From positions 62,001-126,000 of the forward strand of contig QPMI01000090.1 in NCBI GenBank assembly GCA_004431415.1: a DNA stretch of 64,000 nt, read 5' to 3'. A program made the translations under genes and the position numbers. The notes beneath the pieces were generated by a model that searched no databases, was not told the origin of the DNA, and was given only the letters and a program-made list of their open reading frames with translations. Shown one piece after another: positions 61,201 to 64,000 of the stretch. How positions within the stretch are numbered: position 1 is the stretch's first letter; every line of letters begins with the position of its first letter. Origin of the DNA: Cyanophora paradoxa CCMP329. Lineage: Eukaryota; Plantae; Glaucophyta.

Positions 61201-61750
61201 CAGGTCACCAGGCTGCGCCACGCGTTCGGTCGTTGGTCGTCGCCCGAGGGCGGCGGCGGGAGGCCCGCACGAGGTTCCCCGAGCCTCGCACAGCAACGTC
61301 CATGTCCGCCGCATAGAAGAAACGGTACCAGTCGACGTCTGCGAGCGCGCCGCCAACGTTCGAAATTCAAGCGTACGCTTAGCTGCGGACGCCCCGCACC
61401 GTAGCCAAAGCGAATAATGTCTCCGGATTCAAGCGGGATCGATCCCTGCTTGATGTGCTGCTCGTTCACCCAGGTGCCGTTCGTGCTGCCGACATCGTAG
61501 AGCACAGCACCGTCCCGCGGCAAGTGGCCCGTGCGGGGAATGGCAAACTCCACGATCGCATGACGGCTAGATATAGTCTTCGGCTGCGCGCGGCAGGGCT
61601 CGCCGCGGCTCCGGGCAGCTGGGAAAGGGGTTCGGCGGCGCGCACCTCGAGACAGATGTCGTTGTCCGGTGCGCGACCTATCGAGCATCTCGCAGCGCAG
61701 AGCTCGTACCGGTACTCGGGCCCGATGAGGAGCCCGAGCGCCGTCTCCAT
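58211..61750 (-). CDS. FHA-domain protein with a long coiled-coil C-terminus
   Basis: SIGRAPDNDI, ISSRHA, DVGSTNGTWVN and SGDIIRFG define the FHA domain. Downstream exons are low-complexity and heptad-rich; ends LMQPAPR*. Confidence 0.82.
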
Positions 61751-61860
61751 TAGGGGTACGCGACTGAAGATTGGGGTACGACTCTCCACTGGCCATTTCG
61801 TTCTCTGCGACGTCGGGTTGGCGTTACAAGTTGTAGAATCGTTGCGAACCTGTTGGGAAG

Positions 61861-62835
61861 ATGCCACAGCAGCGGGTCTGCCGCAGCAACTGCGCGTCGA
61901 AGATGTGGCAAGGCTTGCAGGGGCAGCGTACTTTCTCCGGTGAGCCCTACTCGGACGGGGGCTTCACAGCGGCGCACCGGACACATGCGATGGGAACAAA
62001 GCGTACGTAGAGCGCGTAGGCGATCGGCACTCCTGCGTGCGCTGATCGGCATCCGGAAATCTGCAGTGAAGGTGACAAACCTGTGGAATCAGCGCTCAGT
62101 GGTCGTCAAGGTGAATGACAGGGGTCCATTTGGATCGGCGGTGAGCGTTGATTCAAATCTCACTTGCTGCTGCGCGATCTTATCTTTGTCTAGGCGCGGA
62201 TCATCGACCTGAGCGGGGCGGCGGCGCGGGCCATCGGCCTGACGACGGGGAGCGTGCCCGTTTCGATTACCGTGGCAGCGCCGGCGCCAGCTAAGAGCGG
62301 CTCCCCCGCGCGGCCGGCCTCAGCTGGCGCGCAATCAGCCTCGTCGAAGGCCGCCCCTGGTGCCAGTGCTTCGAAGGGCGCCCCGGCAGCCCCGGCGGCG
62401 CCGGCAGCGGGCAAGCACGTCGTGCGGGCCGGCGACTCGCTGTGGACGATCGCGGCGCAGCACAAGACGACTGTGGCGCAGCTGCAGAAGCTCAACCCGG
62501 GCGTGACCACGGCGCTCACCATCGGCCAGTCCGTCGCCGTCGGGCCCGCCGCGCCCGCCGCCGCTCCCCCCGCCGCGACCCCTGCAGCGGCCCGCAAGCC
62601 GAGCGCCGCGCCCGCCCCCGCGCGGCCCGCGACCGCCCCGCCGCGGCCGGCGACCGCCCCGCCCCGGCCGGCGGCGGCGCCGGCGGCCTCCGGGGCGCAC
62701 AAGTACACGATCCGGCCGGGAGACTGCCTGTGGACGATCGCGGGGCGGCACAAGACGACGGTGGCGGAGCTGCGGAAGGCGAACCCGGGCCTCACCAACG
62801 ACCTCACCGTCGGCAACGCCATCAACGTCAAGTGA
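61861..62835 (+). CDS. RlpA-like (DPBB) lytic transglycosylase domain plus two LysM domains
   Basis: RTFSGEPY...FTAAHRT..MGT | [22 protein letters not shown] | [14 protein letters not shown], then LysMs [13 protein letters not shown]...LQKLN and [13 protein letters not shown]...LRKAN. Two GT-AG introns. Confidence 0.9.
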
Positions 62836-63140
62836 GCCCGGCGCCCTCCGCCCTCCGCCCCCTCCAGCTTTTTCCCTTCGAAATTCCCCAGCCGTTCCAT
62901 TCGATACTCGTCGCGCCACCTCCCCGCGCGCACAAGCAATCCATATCACACTTCTTTGCATGGGTAGATGTAGGCTGGAGTCTAGCGGTCACTGGCGTAG
63001 GCCCTTTTGCAGTTGATTGTCGGAGTTGTGTACTTCGTTAGGTTAGAGGTATTCGCTACGCATTGCAGGTCACTTTGAATAGCATTTGTAATTTATGATA
63101 CACTGGAGAGGGAAGCCGGCGCGGCCTGGGCGTCCTAGTG

Positions 63141-64000
63141 CTAGTCGGACTCGCGGTCTGAGCCGTAGTCGGAGCCGTCGCCCGAGCCGGCCGCCGCTGC
63201 AGCGCCCGTGTACGGCTCGAAGGGCAGCGGGCCGTGCTCGGCGATGCTGAACAGAAGCGTCAGGCGGAGCTCGATCGCCAGGAGGCTCGAGGGGAGGGGC
63301 GCGGGGGGCACGGCACCTGTCGAAGAGCCACTTGTGGCGGACGACAGGGGGCGCCTTGCGGCCGCCGGCGCCGGCTGCGGGGGCGAGCTCCGGGTCCTCG
63401 CAGAGGACCACGCTCGCCTTGCCCGCGTCCTTCTCCAGCTGCCCGCCGCCCGGCCCCGTGAGCCCGGGCGCGCCCCTGCGGCGGATCCGGGCCGCTCTCC
63501 CCCGCGCACCGTGGCGCCGGCGGCGGCGATGAGGGCGTGCAGGAGGGGCGCCTGCAGCTGGAGCGGCGGCTCGCCCGCCGTCGCGATGCGGTACCCCTTC
63601 AGGATGCGGCGGCCCTCCTCCGGGGCCGGCACGTTGAAGGCGGTGTTCGCGTAGGGCTCGACGGGGAGCCAGCGGCGCGCCTCGGCCGAGTCCAGCACCC
63701 ACTCGTGCCGCACGATGGCCGCGCCCCGCGCGATGCCGTAGAGGACCTGCCGGCTAAGTCGGCCCCAGCCGCACGGGGGGCGCGGCGGGCCCGGACCTTG
63801 TACGTGCGCATGGGGCCGGCGGTGACGACGTGGGTGATGGAGGGCAGGGGCGCCTTCCTGTGCGAGATGCGCACCCCGCCGACCGCCCGCGCCGCCTCCA
63901 CGATCTGCCGGCCCGGCCGCGTCAGGCCGGGGGAGCAAAGCGCGGGCCCCGGGAGGGTGGCCGCCGCTCGCCTGCCTGCGGGCGCCCTCGTCGGCCCCAG
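63141..64000 (-). CDS. 3' end of a tandem-BRCT protein (microcephalin-like); continues beyond the window
   Basis: ITHVV...RTYK-VLYGIARGAAIVRHEWVLDS...WLPVEPY, then a second BRCT (LIAAAGATV...VVRHKWLFD-SI). Confidence 0.8.
   Translation of the reverse strand, partial: GADEGARRQASGGHPPGARALLPRPDAAGPADRGGGAGGRRGAHLAQEGAPALHHPRRHRRPHAHVQGPGPPRPPCGWGRLSRQVLYGIARGAAIVRHEWVLDSAEARRWLPVEPYANTAFNVPAPEEGRRILKGYRIATAGEPPLQLQAPLLHALIAAAGATVRGGERPGSAAGARPGSRGRAAGSWRRTRARRAWSSARTRSSPPQPAPAAARRPLSSATSGSSTGAVPPAPLPSSLLAIELRLTLLFSIAEHGPLPFEPYTGAAAAAGSGDGSDYGSDRESD

Noticed and set aside
1-64000. Prokaryotic features (operons, CRISPR array, rRNA/tRNA genes) or bacterial contamination suggested by RlpA, PepF and VHPO
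   Set aside because: All these genes have spliceosomal introns and are interleaved with eukaryotic genes (Tubby, RWD-IMPACT, MFSD12-like). I recognised no repeat-spacer array or structural RNA gene.

Overview
Gene-dense, very GC-rich eukaryotic nuclear DNA with many short spliceosomal introns (roughly 50-100 nt, many GC-AG). Most long ORFs in the supplied track are GC-driven artefacts, so the genes below were assembled by hand across introns. A nuclear ycf54 with a MAFV...FFG transit peptide and an RlpA/LysM peptidoglycan-type gene suggest a glaucophyte alga such as Cyanophora (inference). Left to right: a G-rich minisatellite; a decayed RLE-type non-LTR retrotransposon with a duplicated poly(A) 3' end; a secreted vanadium haloperoxidase; a ThrE-type exporter; a hypothetical gene; a Roc-like GTPase; a young 5.4-kb gag-only LTR retrotransposon with 300-bp LTRs and a GGCGC target duplication; an M3B oligopeptidase; a hypothetical gene with an Ada-like Zn motif; a TA-flanked MITE; an MFSD12-like transporter; an SLC13/SLT-type transporter; a GT-A glycosyltransferase; a CANT1-type apyrase; Tubby; IMPACT; an S1/P1 nuclease; a GtrA-like protein; ycf54; an FHA/coiled-coil protein; RlpA-LysM-LysM; and the 3' end of a BRCT gene. 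The most interesting signals are: (1) the S1/P1 nuclease carries two homologous alternative C-termini, one membrane-anchored and one soluble; (2) the RlpA-2xLysM protein has no targeting peptide; (3) introns have AG|GC donors and C-rich 5' / G-rich 3' halves that are self-complementary; (4) the gag-only LTR element has repeated internal PPT-like motifs; (5) intergenic DNA is saturated with palindromes. CDS coordinates span introns, and exon joins are manual predictions.
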